64,000 nucleotides of DNA from a virus, in IMG/VR virus record IMGVR_UViG_3300005098_000013, positions 14,082 through 78,081 of that record; one strand, given 5' to 3'. The translations under genes and the position numbers were made by a program. Of this stretch, positions 29,126 to 38,811 are shown one piece after another (position 1 is the stretch's first letter; each line of letters opens with the position of its first letter). Below the pieces are notes generated by a model. It did no database searches, was not told the DNA's origin, and saw only the letters and a list, made by a program, of their open reading frames with translations.

Positions 29126-29997
29126 AAATAGGAGTTGTGGGGGCGTTAGGATACCAAGGCAGAAAGCATGCAGTGGAATTGCTTGGCTTAGGTGTAAGAG
29201 TGGAAACGTGTGATGTGCGAGGCAATGTGAGATATAGAGACTATGTGGAGATAGGAAACTTAGATGGTGTAGTAATAGCAGTGCCTAATGGAAAGCACCT
29301 TGAAATCGGAGAATGGTTTATAAGGAAAGGTGTACCAGTGTTAATGGAAAAGCCTTTGACAAAGAGATATGATTCGGCCGAAGCGTTGTTGAACTTAGCT
29401 AAACTGAATAGGTGTGTTCTGGCAACAGGCTCGGTGTTTTCTTTTAATAATAGCGTAAAGGTAGTTGGTGAGATAGTCAAGGGAGGGCTTTTGGGAAGGC
29501 TAGAGTTTGTAAAGTGTAATTGGTGTAGTCAAATGGTGCCTTGGGCAGAAAAGAATATACTTTTGGATCTCGGCCCACACCCTTATGATATTCTTTGTGG
29601 CTGGAATTTGGAACCAGAAGAGTATGATTCTTATGCAATCAACAACAAGCATATGCTGATTTTCACAGGATCTAAAAGCGTGGAGATTGAAATAAAATTG
29701 TCTTGGGTAGAAGGACCTAAGGAGAGAAGTTTAAAGGTTGTTGGGGAGAAGTATGTGCTTGTATTAGATGCATTAAATCAGAATGTGTTTGTATATGAAG
29801 GGAATGAACTAGTTGCACAAAAAACACATGATGAAGGTTTGTATAAGAAAGGTTTCGAAGATTATCTTCAGTTTAACAGGAATAATACGTTGAAGGATGA
29901 GTTGAAAGATTTTCTAAGGCAAATAGAAGAAGGTGCTGACTATAGGTTGGCAGAGCAAGCAGTAAGGTTTTTAAAGTGGAAGGGAAGCGAAAGATGA
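29122..29997 (+). CDS. Gfo/Idh/MocA oxidoreductase
   Basis: GALGYQG Rossmann, MEKP, DLGPH. Confidence 0.88.
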   Translation: MKIGVVGALGYQGRKHAVELLGLGVRVETCDVRGNVRYRDYVEIGNLDGVVIAVPNGKHLEIGEWFIRKGVPVLMEKPLTKRYDSAEALLNLAKLNRCVLATGSVFSFNNSVKVVGEIVKGGLLGRLEFVKCNWCSQMVPWAEKNILLDLGPHPYDILCGWNLEPEEYDSYAINNKHMLIFTGSKSVEIEIKLSWVEGPKERSLKVVGEKYVLVLDALNQNVFVYEGNELVAQKTHDEGLYKKGFEDYLQFNRNNTLKDELKDFLRQIEEGADYRLAEQAVRFLKWKGSER

Positions 29998-30173
29998 AGA
30001 AAAGAAAGATAAGAAGCGTTATTGATGTAGAAAAGGCATTAGAAGAGAAGAGAGCAATGCAAAAGCAATATGTACGAGAGCACGGTTACCGCTCTTATAT
30101 ATTAGATTTGCTGATTGAACATTTCGAAGAGATGCAAAAAAGGAGCAAAGAAAATGAAAATAGAGGAGATTGA
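29976..30173 (+). CDS. hypothetical protein
   Basis: Short ORF in operon. Confidence 0.4.
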   Translation: MEGKRKMKKRKIRSVIDVEKALEEKRAMQKQYVREHGYRSYILDLLIEHFEEMQKRSKENENRGD

Positions 30174-30504
30174 AAAGCAACTTGAGACAAAAGAAAGAAT
30201 AGAGTATAAGGGCAAGTGTCATGAATGTGGCAAAGATGTTACAGTGTGTATTTTCAGGAATGAAGAAACTGGAACGATAACAATAGAAGGTGGAGCGGTG
30301 TATGATCCAATGGTTGGCTCGCCTCCTGAAAAGCAGATATTCCTTAAATGCGACGATTGTTTCGGAGATGATCCGGTGTTACGAAATTATCGGCCCTGCG
30401 AAGTTTATTCGCGTTCTGTTGGCTACCTTAGGCCAGTTCAACAGTGGAACGCAGGGAAGCAAGAAGAATTTAGGCAGCGAAAGGAGTTTGTAGTAAAGGA
30501 GTAG
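30115..30504 (+). CDS. Zn-finger plus NrdD C-terminal glycyl-radical domain (stand-alone)
   Basis: CHEC..CDDC; [28 protein letters not shown]. Confidence 0.75.
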   Translation: MNISKRCKKGAKKMKIEEIEKQLETKERIEYKGKCHECGKDVTVCIFRNEETGTITIEGGAVYDPMVGSPPEKQIFLKCDDCFGDDPVLRNYRPCEVYSRSVGYLRPVQQWNAGKQEEFRQRKEFVVKE

Positions 30505-30511
30505 AAGAAAA

Positions 30512-31507
30512 ATGGGAAGGAGAAGTTTGATAACTGGCATTTCGGGTCAGGACGGGAGCTACTTAGCAGAGTTTTTGTTGGAAAAAGGATATGAAGTATA
30601 CGGCTTGGTAAGAAGATCGTCAAACAGACCTGCAAACTTGAGTAGAATAGAACATATTCTTGATAAGGTAACATTGCTGGAAGGTGACTTGTCTGATCAA
30701 GCTTCATTAAATGACGCTGTAAAAAAAGCAGAGCCAGATGAAGTGTATAACTTAGGCGCGCAAAGTTTTGTAGCACATTCATGGAAGGCACCTGTGTATA
30801 CAGCAGATGTAACTGGGCTTGGCACAATAAGGATGTTGGAAGCTATACGCAATTGTGATGCCGGATCGATTAAATTCTACCAAGCGTCGAGTAGTGAGAT
30901 GTACGGAAACAACAATGAATTGCCATTAAATGAAGGATCTAGATTCTATCCAAGAAGTCCGTATGCATGTGCAAAGGTGTATGCTCATTATTCTACGATT
31001 AATTATAGAGAGTCATATAACATGTTTGCATGTTGCGGGATTTGTTTTAATCATGAATCGGATCGAAGAGGTGAAGAGTTTGTAACGAGGAAGATAAGTC
31101 AAGGCGTTGCTAGGATAAGTTTAGGATTGGAAAAGTATATTGCGTTAGGGAATTTGAAGGCTAAGCGAGACTGGGGTTTTGCTGGAGATTATGTAGAGGC
31201 AATGTGGCTAATGTTACAACAAAGCAAGCCTGAAGATTTTGTAATAGCGACAGGAAAAGGTTATGGTGTAGAAGATTTTGTAAAGGTTGCATTTAGAACA
31301 ATAGGCATTGAAGATTGGAAAACTTATGTAAGACAGGATCCTAAATTCATGAGGCCAGCTGATGTGCCAAGTTTGATTGGAAATTATAGCAAGGCAAAGA
31401 AGAAGTTAGGGTGGAAGCCAAAAGTAAAATTCGAAGAGTTGGTAAGGATGATGGTAGAAAGTGATGTTGAAAAATTAAGACAAAATGAAGCGCCTGTTTT
31501 AAAATAA
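30512..31507 (+). CDS. gmd: GDP-mannose 4,6-dehydratase
   Basis: [41 protein letters not shown]. Confidence 0.96.
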   Translation: MGRRSLITGISGQDGSYLAEFLLEKGYEVYGLVRRSSNRPANLSRIEHILDKVTLLEGDLSDQASLNDAVKKAEPDEVYNLGAQSFVAHSWKAPVYTADVTGLGTIRMLEAIRNCDAGSIKFYQASSSEMYGNNNELPLNEGSRFYPRSPYACAKVYAHYSTINYRESYNMFACCGICFNHESDRRGEEFVTRKISQGVARISLGLEKYIALGNLKAKRDWGFAGDYVEAMWLMLQQSKPEDFVIATGKGYGVEDFVKVAFRTIGIEDWKTYVRQDPKFMRPADVPSLIGNYSKAKKKLGWKPKVKFEELVRMMVESDVEKLRQNEAPVLK

Positions 31508-31713
31508 ACGAAGAAAGGACCAGCAAACTTGTCACTGGTCTTTGTTCTCCGTTTTGTCTTCGGGCAAGTAATATAAATGCTTACGACGAAGCCTAAGGCA
31601 GAAGGCAAATGTTTATGACACAGATGCACTGCTGGCCCGAAGACAAAACGGAGAACAAAGAACCAATGACAAATTTACCAGCGCCTTCTTCGTTTATTTA
31701 GAAGAACAGGTGC
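31490..31713. repeat. inverted pair of approximately 76-bp hairpin elements
   Basis: 31490-31565 and 31635-31713 are reverse complements with a perfect 26-bp core. Confidence 0.85.
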
Positions 31714-31725
31714 GAAACCAAGCGT

Positions 31726-32178
31726 ATGGAAGAATATTTCATGAGGTACAGGAAAATAATAGATTGTGAAGTAGGATGGAACACTAAGATAGGTGACTTT
31801 GTAGATCTCTATAGATGCAAAATAGGCAACTACTGCAAAATTCATAGCTTTGTGTTCATAGAAGAAGGCGTCGTAATAGGTGATAGGTGTATAGTGAAGC
31901 CACATGTGTTCATTCCTACTGGCGTTGTCATTGAAGATGATGTGTTTATAGCACCCGGAGTAGTTTTTGTAAATGACAGACATCCGAAAGCGAATAATGA
32001 TAAGTGGAGGCTTGAGAAGACGGTAATAAAGAAAGGCGCTTCTATAGGAGCTAATGCAACGATTATGTGTGGCCTTAGTATCAATGAAGAGGCAATGATA
32101 GGTGCAGGTGCTGTTGTGACTAAGGATGTTGAGGCTAAGGCTGTAGTAGTAGGCAACCCTGCAAAGAAAGTTAGGTAA
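31726..32178 (+). CDS. hexapeptide-repeat sugar N-acetyltransferase (WbpD/WxcM-like)
   Basis: LbH repeats, VFVNDRHP, GASIGANATI, VVGNPAK. Confidence 0.9.
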   Translation: MEEYFMRYRKIIDCEVGWNTKIGDFVDLYRCKIGNYCKIHSFVFIEEGVVIGDRCIVKPHVFIPTGVVIEDDVFIAPGVVFVNDRHPKANNDKWRLEKTVIKKGASIGANATIMCGLSINEEAMIGAGAVVTKDVEAKAVVVGNPAKKVR

Positions 32179-32193
32179 AGGAGAAAAAAGAAA

Positions 32194-32646
32194 ATGGAAG
32201 AAGTTGAAGATTGGCATAAGAACGTGTATGGTAAGAAGGAAACCGCAAAATTTACTTCATTATATTACCGTAATAGAAGCAAAGTTATAAGAAGGGATAA
32301 TCACGAGTGTCAGTCTTGTTTCAAAAAATTAGGGAAGTCAGAGAATAGCGTACACCATATTGAGCCGAGAGAAGATGGAACAGATGAAATGTCAAACTTA
32401 ATACTTTTATGTAAAAAGTGCCATGACGAAATTGAAGGGTTATCAAGGTTGCAAATCATTGGATATTTTTATCAATCAACCGGTAATTATACTAAACCAT
32501 GTTGGCCAGCAGATTGGCATAAGTGGGTTTACGGTGCTGAAGAAAATCCGTACAATGACCCGCTTTTCATAAAGCTTCGAATGAACGGCGAACTGGTTAG
32601 AATAGGAGAGTTGTGGTGGCACAAAAAATTTAAATTTTGCCAATGA
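32194..32646 (+). CDS. HNH endonuclease
   Basis: RDNHECQSC..VHHI..NLILLCKKCH. Confidence 0.88.
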   Translation: MEEVEDWHKNVYGKKETAKFTSLYYRNRSKVIRRDNHECQSCFKKLGKSENSVHHIEPREDGTDEMSNLILLCKKCHDEIEGLSRLQIIGYFYQSTGNYTKPCWPADWHKWVYGAEENPYNDPLFIKLRMNGELVRIGELWWHKKFKFCQ

Positions 32647-32790
32647 AGCGATTAGTCAAAATTAGAGCCTTACCCTTTTGTTCACCCTGAAATGCCATAT
32701 AGATTTTGCATATGAAGCTCTCTGTGCGTTTAATGTGCTTTAAAGAAGCAAGCTTTGCTTTTTATTGACTAAACCAAAGTGAACTGTCAA

Positions 32791-32870
32791 AAGCACCTGA
32801 AGTACCAGAAGCACTCGAAGCACCTAAAATACTTGAAGCACCAAAAGGTATTGAAATACCAAACAGTATT
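32791..32870. repeat. degenerate 9-bp tandem repeat, about 9 units (AAGCACCTG-like)
   Basis: aagcacctg aagtaccag aagcactcg aagcaccta aaatacttg aagcaccaa ... Confidence 0.7.
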
Positions 32871-32880
32871 AAAATTGTTT

Positions 32881-33011
32881 TGATAAAATTATTAAATTTT
32901 TATTATTGATAATAAATCAGTATTATTATTCCTAAAAAGCCTTCACTCTTGATGAAATTATTAAAAATTTATTATTGATAATAAATCAGTATTATTATTC
33001 CTTAAAAAGCC
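32881..33011. repeat. AT-rich direct repeat, two copies of about 61 bp
   Basis: TTTATTATTGATAATAAATCAGTATTATTATTCCT occurs twice. Confidence 0.85.
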
Positions 33012-33099
33012 GGTTTTTGCATTAGTAAAAAGACAGTGTTATTAATAATAACGCTTTATTATCAATAATAAGAAAAGTAATTTTCTTTAGGAAAGACAA

Positions 33100-33678
33100 A
33101 TGACATTAGAAATAGGAAATGTAGGAAAAGAAATAGAGGAAACAGGAATTACAACGATTACCATAAACCGAAAGAAGTTAGAAGCGGCAAGAAGGAGGAT
33201 GGGAGCTACAACGGCTTCAGCAATGGTTAGAAGGTTGGTAGATGTATATCTCGGATCTGAAGGAGAAGAGATAGAAGATGAGAAGCTAAGAGAATTGATG
33301 AAGAAGAAAAGGGAAGCAGAGGAGAAGGTAGCAAAGATAAAGAAGGAGTTAGTAGAAGCAGAAGCAGAAGTGGAGAGGCTCCAATTGGAAATATTCGGGA
33401 AAATACCAAGGCAGACAGAGAAGGTAACAGAGTTGAAAGTAAGTGAAAGGCCAGAGGTACAAGAGAAGTATGTGAAGAAGGTAAATGAATTCCTGAAAAC
33501 GGATCCGGAGTATAAGGACGTATGGGAGTTTCAAGTGTTTGTGCCAGAAGAGATTATGGAGAAGTATGTAGGGTTGCATAAGGAGGAGATAGCAGAGCTT
33601 GGTCTAAAGAACGAGAAGGCTATGGTTAGCTGGCTGATAAAGATAACGGAAGGCAAGCTTGTTGTGAAAACCAAATAA
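33100..33678 (+). CDS. RHH plus coiled-coil protein
   Basis: TTITINRKKL..ASAMVRRLVDVYL followed by heptad region. Confidence 0.55.
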   Translation: MTLEIGNVGKEIEETGITTITINRKKLEAARRRMGATTASAMVRRLVDVYLGSEGEEIEDEKLRELMKKKREAEEKVAKIKKELVEAEAEVERLQLEIFGKIPRQTEKVTELKVSERPEVQEKYVKKVNEFLKTDPEYKDVWEFQVFVPEEIMEKYVGLHKEEIAELGLKNEKAMVSWLIKITEGKLVVKTK

Positions 33679-33723
33679 TCAGCTGCTAGGAAACTAGAAT
33701 GATGGGGAAAAGGTTAGATTAAC

Positions 33724-33791
33724 AATTCCTTCTCCACACCACTTCTTCTACTTCTTCGATTGCTTCTGTCTTCGATGCCACCTTGCCTCTT
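33724..33791 (-). repeat. degenerate copy of the 3' end of fibre gene 37292-38362
   Basis: Aligns to 37302-37385 with 4-bp and 12-bp deletions. Confidence 0.8.
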
Positions 33792-33794
33792 TTT

Positions 33795-34808
33795 TTACAT
33801 GTCGGCAGTATATTCAAAAACGAAGCCAATAAAGTAGACTGTGTCATTGACCGTATCATTTGCATGTCCGCCGTCTCGGTGAAAACGTAAGCCCATCAAT
33901 AAATCAGAGGTACAATCACTAATCGTGAGAGTATTCGGAAGTACAATTTCTTGACCAGCAGTGATTGCACTTTCCCCTAAAGTTGTATCTTGATATGCCC
34001 CGCCAAAATGAACCCCTACTCGATATCGTATATCCCCACCTGCAAGCGATATAACTGCGCCTTTCAATATACCATCGGAAACATAGTCCTTTGGTACCCT
34101 AAAAGTTGAATAGCCATAATTACTACTACCATCTGGTAATGCAGCAGAACCAAAATATCCGTGGTTACCCATTCCACCTGAACCGTAATTAGGTGGGATC
34201 CATACACTTCTTGTTCGATTAGTATGTTTATCGTGGCTATGCGAACTTGGAGGATATGTACTCGGTTTTCCGCTGATACTGTCCCAAGCCCAGGTTCCTG
34301 AAGTACATTGACGTGAAGATGGGTGCGAATAGTTATTATATAACGTATCAAAATACGTCTTCAGAGTAGCTTTTAGATTTGTCCACGTAAGCTTTTTAAG
34401 AGCGTTAGCTGCTGCGCTGTCTATCAATCCCATTTCGTCATCATTAACAGGAGTTGCCTTAGACGCGACGCTATGAATGCTGGAAGCCACGTTTACTGCA
34501 TCGGTTACATCTGCTCCATCTTCAACATTTATTAGCGTTCTCACCTGCGCTGCCGTAAGTCCCGTTATGCTTCCACCTGTAATCCTACCGAGTATTCGCT
34601 GTTCGTTAAGCGTCAAAGCTACAGGTGAATCATCCACATCAGCCTTCAATATAGTATTCGCATCAAAGAGTGCTTTCTTTACTGATAGACTATCTCGAGT
34701 GTCTAAATCATTGAGATCGTCCACTACATCACTAAACTCAGAATTCATTTCACTGGCATAGATATACGTATTTGCCTGAAAGTTTGGTTTAGTTGATTTT
34801 ATTCCCAT
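33795..34808 (-). CDS. tail fibre protein
   Basis: Follows baseplate genes; NVEDGADVTD, WDSISGKPSTYPPSSHSH fibre motifs. Confidence 0.75.
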   Translation of the reverse strand: MGIKSTKPNFQANTYIYASEMNSEFSDVVDDLNDLDTRDSLSVKKALFDANTILKADVDDSPVALTLNEQRILGRITGGSITGLTAAQVRTLINVEDGADVTDAVNVASSIHSVASKATPVNDDEMGLIDSAAANALKKLTWTNLKATLKTYFDTLYNNYSHPSSRQCTSGTWAWDSISGKPSTYPPSSHSHDKHTNRTRSVWIPPNYGSGGMGNHGYFGSAALPDGSSNYGYSTFRVPKDYVSDGILKGAVISLAGGDIRYRVGVHFGGAYQDTTLGESAITAGQEIVLPNTLTISDCTSDLLMGLRFHRDGGHANDTVNDTVYFIGFVFEYTADM

Positions 34809-34837
34809 CTTTCATCATCCTCCTTTCTTCTCGAACC

Positions 34838-35119
34838 TTAGCCCTTTGTCTTTATTCCGTCGTATGCGGCGTGCATCGAAGAGCCCAGCTTATTCCGTAC
34901 CTTCAGATATTGTGCTGGAGTTACATGGAAGAATTGTGCATTCCACCCACCAGCTTCCGTTACATCGTCAAACTCAAAACTCACACTACCATCCGTTCGT
35001 TCTAGTCCTGCCTTGTCACTTACCAAAATATTATGAATTACCCACTCCTCTGTACTCGGCGGCTTTATTTCCAATACTTGCCCTGAGGCAAGCGTTGTTA
35101 AATCAGCTACTACATCCAT
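34838..35119 (-). CDS. virion structural protein (putative)
   Basis: Beta-rich ORF in tail module. Confidence 0.5.
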   Translation of the reverse strand: MDVVADLTTLASGQVLEIKPPSTEEWVIHNILVSDKAGLERTDGSVSFEFDDVTEAGGWNAQFFHVTPAQYLKVRNKLGSSMHAAYDGIKTKG

Positions 35120-35155
35120 TTTCTTTTCCTCCTTTCATTTTTCCTTTACTTAACC

Positions 35156-35827
35156 TTAAACCCACACACATTCATCCCACTTGCCTGTATCCCATTCACC
35201 AGCTTCGCCAAATAAAATTGGCTCAAAAGAAATGCCAGCTGGCTTGTACTTTGAAATTACAGTAGTCAATTCCGGCTTTGCGTTCTCATATTTGCGAGGT
35301 ATTTCAATTATAATCCTGCCTGCTTCCAGAGAACTATCTGTGATTTTGACATTGGCTTCAGGAATGCCAATTGTAAGAGAAAGCGCTTTCTTTAAGTTAG
35401 AAGAAGTGCCACCTCCAATGAGTCCAGTAACTGCTGACTTTATAAACCCCCGAAACTCATCATCGTTCCAGTCGCCTCTTGATAAGTCAAAGATTTTAGC
35501 CAACCTATCCAAACTGATACTCTTTGCCTCATCTATCTGATGTGCCTCCTTTACTTCCGAAATAATATTGTCTATGTTCTTTTCTTCCTGTACCAGAATA
35601 GCTCCTAGTTTGTAGTTGGTATAACCTGTGACAAGCAAATCAACTTCCAAATGCTGACCTCTAGTACTGATTTCAAGATCTGGATAAGTAAAGCAACCGC
35701 TTTCATCTATATTATCATAGAACAAGCGGCCTATTTCGGTGAAGCCTTCTAGATTATAGGTACCTTCCTGCTTATAAAATTCCGGTAACCTACCTAAGAA
35801 CCTTTTCAATACACTTGGTGCTATCAT
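35156..35827 (-). CDS. baseplate wedge protein (gpI-like)
   Basis: SLDRLAKIF..DDEFR, KPAGI; follows baseplate J. Confidence 0.7.
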   Translation of the reverse strand: MIAPSVLKRFLGRLPEFYKQEGTYNLEGFTEIGRLFYDNIDESGCFTYPDLEISTRGQHLEVDLLVTGYTNYKLGAILVQEEKNIDNIISEVKEAHQIDEAKSISLDRLAKIFDLSRGDWNDDEFRGFIKSAVTGLIGGGTSSNLKKALSLTIGIPEANVKITDSSLEAGRIIIEIPRKYENAKPELTTVISKYKPAGISFEPILFGEAGEWDTGKWDECVWV

Positions 35828-35837
35828 CTTTGCGTTC

Positions 35838-36893
35838 CTAAGATATTGTTATATTAGCCGTACTAATAGTTGCAACTTCATTGTCTGCTATGGATATGTT
35901 CACCTTGCCACTTGGAGCTGGTGTTGTACCTATAGTCAGTTCCACATCTATCATACCTTCAAGTGTCATTATGGTAACTAAGAGATCTGCATACTTTACA
36001 TCTTCACCTACACCCAAGTCATTGATGAATGAGGCAATAGTGTTGACAATAGTAACCTCAGCAATGCTTCCGTCTTGTGTCACATCTGCCGTTACATATA
36101 TGTCAATTGAAGCAGGCCTACTCCAAGAGACTGGAATTCCAGCAGGCTTTACTGCTGCTATTGTAGCATCAATATCTGCATCTTTGCCACCATACACTAC
36201 TAACTCAGCAGAATGGGCTGTTAAATCTTCTGAACCAGTTACGCTTTCGACACCGTCTACTTCTTCCACGTTTGCAACTAAAGCTTCAAGAGTAGATACT
36301 GAAGCCCTTGTCAAGCTGCCTTTAATCCTTACCCTAAGAGAAGCATCAGTTTCAAGATCGGCACCACCTACAGTTGCGTTTGGGTTGGTTAAGCTAGTGA
36401 CACCAGCAATTGCTTCTACTAATTCTGTAATGGTGCCAGCTGCAACATTTCCTTCATCACCCGGTTCAGTTGCATAGGCTAAAATAGAAGCAACACTGTC
36501 AGAAATCCAGCCTGCAATGTTCGTTTTGAACCCTATTCCTGCAGCTGTACGTACTTCTGTAAACAATGGAATATAGGTGCCTGAAACACCTGAGAATTCA
36601 ACTAAGCCAGATGCGTATGTCGCAGCATTGCGCGTAACTCCTACTAGCGCCGCTATCTGATCAAGTGAATCACCTGTTGCTGAATCCACAAAGCATGAAT
36701 AGTATGCATCTTCGAGCTTTTCCCAAAGATTGGCCTCTTCTACTGCTACTGCTTCTAAAAATAATTCCAAAGGAGAAGATTCCGTAAGGTCCACATCAGC
36801 GCCGAATACTTCTTGTGCCTTCTCCTGTTTCTCTTTGATTATATCACTGAGAGTTTTTCTTACAAATCCGTCAGAAGTAACTCCAAAACTCAT
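35838..36893 (-). CDS. baseplate J-like protein
   Basis: ATGDSLD, GNVAAGTIT, GGADLETDASLR, KPAGI. Confidence 0.93.
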   Translation of the reverse strand: MSFGVTSDGFVRKTLSDIIKEKQEKAQEVFGADVDLTESSPLELFLEAVAVEEANLWEKLEDAYYSCFVDSATGDSLDQIAALVGVTRNAATYASGLVEFSGVSGTYIPLFTEVRTAAGIGFKTNIAGWISDSVASILAYATEPGDEGNVAAGTITELVEAIAGVTSLTNPNATVGGADLETDASLRVRIKGSLTRASVSTLEALVANVEEVDGVESVTGSEDLTAHSAELVVYGGKDADIDATIAAVKPAGIPVSWSRPASIDIYVTADVTQDGSIAEVTIVNTIASFINDLGVGEDVKYADLLVTIMTLEGMIDVELTIGTTPAPSGKVNISIADNEVATISTANITIS

Positions 36894-36913
36894 TCTGCTT
36901 TACCTCCTAAAGG

Positions 36914-37237
36914 CTAACCTGTCTTCTTCAGCTGTGCTGAGATTGATGCCTCACGACCGTCTCTTGAAACTTCATATGAGAAAGTTTCAAAGCCGAGCTT
37001 GTCCTTTAAAGCCTTGATCTCGGCAACCATCAGTTCATGAGCAAAACCTGATCTCATTATACCCAAGATGTCAATGCCAAATGCTGGGTGATACGCCAAT
37101 TCACCGATCTGTATTTTAAGGAAATGATCTATAGTTTGACCTATACTATCATCTCCTTCTACTGTATCTAGCTTATGTGTGCCTGTGTTGTATACTATAT
37201 CTCCATTTACTAATTTAAAACTCAAACCAAACCTCAT
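36914..37237 (-). CDS. baseplate wedge gp25-like protein
   Basis: GELAYHPAFGID; position before J. Confidence 0.7.
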   Translation of the reverse strand: MRFGLSFKLVNGDIVYNTGTHKLDTVEGDDSIGQTIDHFLKIQIGELAYHPAFGIDILGIMRSGFAHELMVAEIKALKDKLGFETFSYEVSRDGREASISAQLKKTG

Positions 37238-37291
37238 TTCCTTTCTCCTGCTTCTACATTGCTCTTGACTTCTTCAAAAGAAAGCACAGCA

Positions 37292-38362
37292 TCATATCTC
37301 AAATTCCTTCTCCTCATACACCACTTCTTCTATTTCTTCTTCTACTTCTTCGATTGCTTCTACTTTTGATGCCACTTTGCTTCTTATCATTTTCTCTGCT
37401 TGCTTCTTCAGCTTCCAGAATTTCTTGGTTTTTGCATCCAGCTCATATCCTGATTTAATCTTCTTCTTGATAACGGTTTTCTTAGCTGTTTTGTTTCTTG
37501 TTTTTTTCACAATGTCGCCTTTTTCTTCATCCCAAACATAATAGTCCTCTTTGACTACACATTTCCTTTTAATAATTTTAGAAGGCAACTTAGCACATTC
37601 CAAGTGTATGGGAACTGTCATGATACCACCATCTTCTTCATCAAATCGAATTATTTTCAGGATTATGTTGTCACCAAGTTTAAATTTCTTATTACACTTT
37701 GGACATGTTGTTTCTGTGAAACCGAGGTCGCCCCAGTGTGTATTGACTGCATAGATGTCTGACCATCTCTTTGTAGAGACACCGTTTTTAAGTGTGTTAT
37801 CTGCAGAAGGTATGAAGTTTATAACCGTTTCGACTGCACCTGTAGCTATACCAAATTTATAAGATCCACTAGTATAAATTTTTATGAAATCATCATCAGA
37901 AGAACTTATTTTTGAATCTCCATCTGCATCGAGAATAATACTCTTGCCATCCATATCCAAATCACCAGTCATCGCCACTGATCCGTCCTTCTTGAATATC
38001 TCTGACCCTTCTATACCATCTACAGTATCTGCATCTTTGCCTGTCAATGTAGCTGGAATTTGTGCCAAAGGCAAAAGAGCGCTAGCATCTAATACTGGCA
38101 CATTGTTTGCTGAATTAGCAAGAAACTTTCCACTATCCTTTATAAGCTTCCCCGACGTTCCATCAAAAATGGCAACCCTTTCATCTACAGCACTTGCAGG
38201 ACCACTAACATCTCCATTTCCAATATGAATTCCTCCTGCAGTTGAACCATCTCCTATATACAATTCCTTCTCATCTGTTGTCCATAGTGGCTCACCCTCA
38301 TCTGGTGTAACACCACTTCTATTCGCTTCCAACCCTCTCTTTATTCTTATTTTATTTACCAT
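37292..38362 (-). CDS. tail fibre / receptor-binding protein with Mtd-like N-terminus
   Basis: IRIKRG..GEPLWTTDEKELYIGDG; KDADTVDG; MTGDL; KRWSDIY. Confidence 0.75.
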   Translation of the reverse strand: MVNKIRIKRGLEANRSGVTPDEGEPLWTTDEKELYIGDGSTAGGIHIGNGDVSGPASAVDERVAIFDGTSGKLIKDSGKFLANSANNVPVLDASALLPLAQIPATLTGKDADTVDGIEGSEIFKKDGSVAMTGDLDMDGKSIILDADGDSKISSSDDDFIKIYTSGSYKFGIATGAVETVINFIPSADNTLKNGVSTKRWSDIYAVNTHWGDLGFTETTCPKCNKKFKLGDNIILKIIRFDEEDGGIMTVPIHLECAKLPSKIIKRKCVVKEDYYVWDEEKGDIVKKTRNKTAKKTVIKKKIKSGYELDAKTKKFWKLKKQAEKMIRSKVASKVEAIEEVEEEIEEVVYEEKEFEI

Positions 38363-38393
38363 CTTTTCTTTCCTCCTCCTTTATTTACGGTCA

Positions 38394-38810
38394 TCAAAAC
38401 GCGCCACCATCTACTTCTTCTGCTTTATCAACAATGCCATTATCATTTGGATCATAGGTTGCCTTAAACATATCGCCCCCGCCACCAGCAGAAGCCCAAA
38501 TAGGATTAGCCCCGGGACCTTGAGTTTGCAAAAAATGACCGGTTGTTCCTGCTGCAAGCTTAACAATATGCCCGTTTGCATCTACGTAGAATATATCACC
38601 TTGTGCTGCATCATTAATCATAAGATTCCCTGAGCAATCTATTTTAAAGAAAGATTTATCTTTCACACCTATAGTTATGCCATCATCTTCTTTAATCAGC
38701 CAAAACGGTTGGCCGCTATCTATTTCATCATCCTCATTTAAATCTATGAACAACTTTACCCATGATGGATGCGAATCATATACCGATTTTCCTTTGACAT
38801 ATTGTGACAT
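38394..38810 (-). CDS. tail-associated structural protein
   Basis: GDIFY..KLAAGTTG, GGGGDMFKATYDPNDNGIVDKAE. Confidence 0.6.
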   Translation of the reverse strand: MSQYVKGKSVYDSHPSWVKLFIDLNEDDEIDSGQPFWLIKEDDGITIGVKDKSFFKIDCSGNLMINDAAQGDIFYVDANGHIVKLAAGTTGHFLQTQGPGANPIWASAGGGGDMFKATYDPNDNGIVDKAEEVDGGAF

Positions 38811-38811
38811 T

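Noticed and set aside
33724-37385. Possible diversity-generating retroelement TR/VR pair
   Set aside because: Differences include indels and are not adenine-specific; no reverse transcriptase in the window
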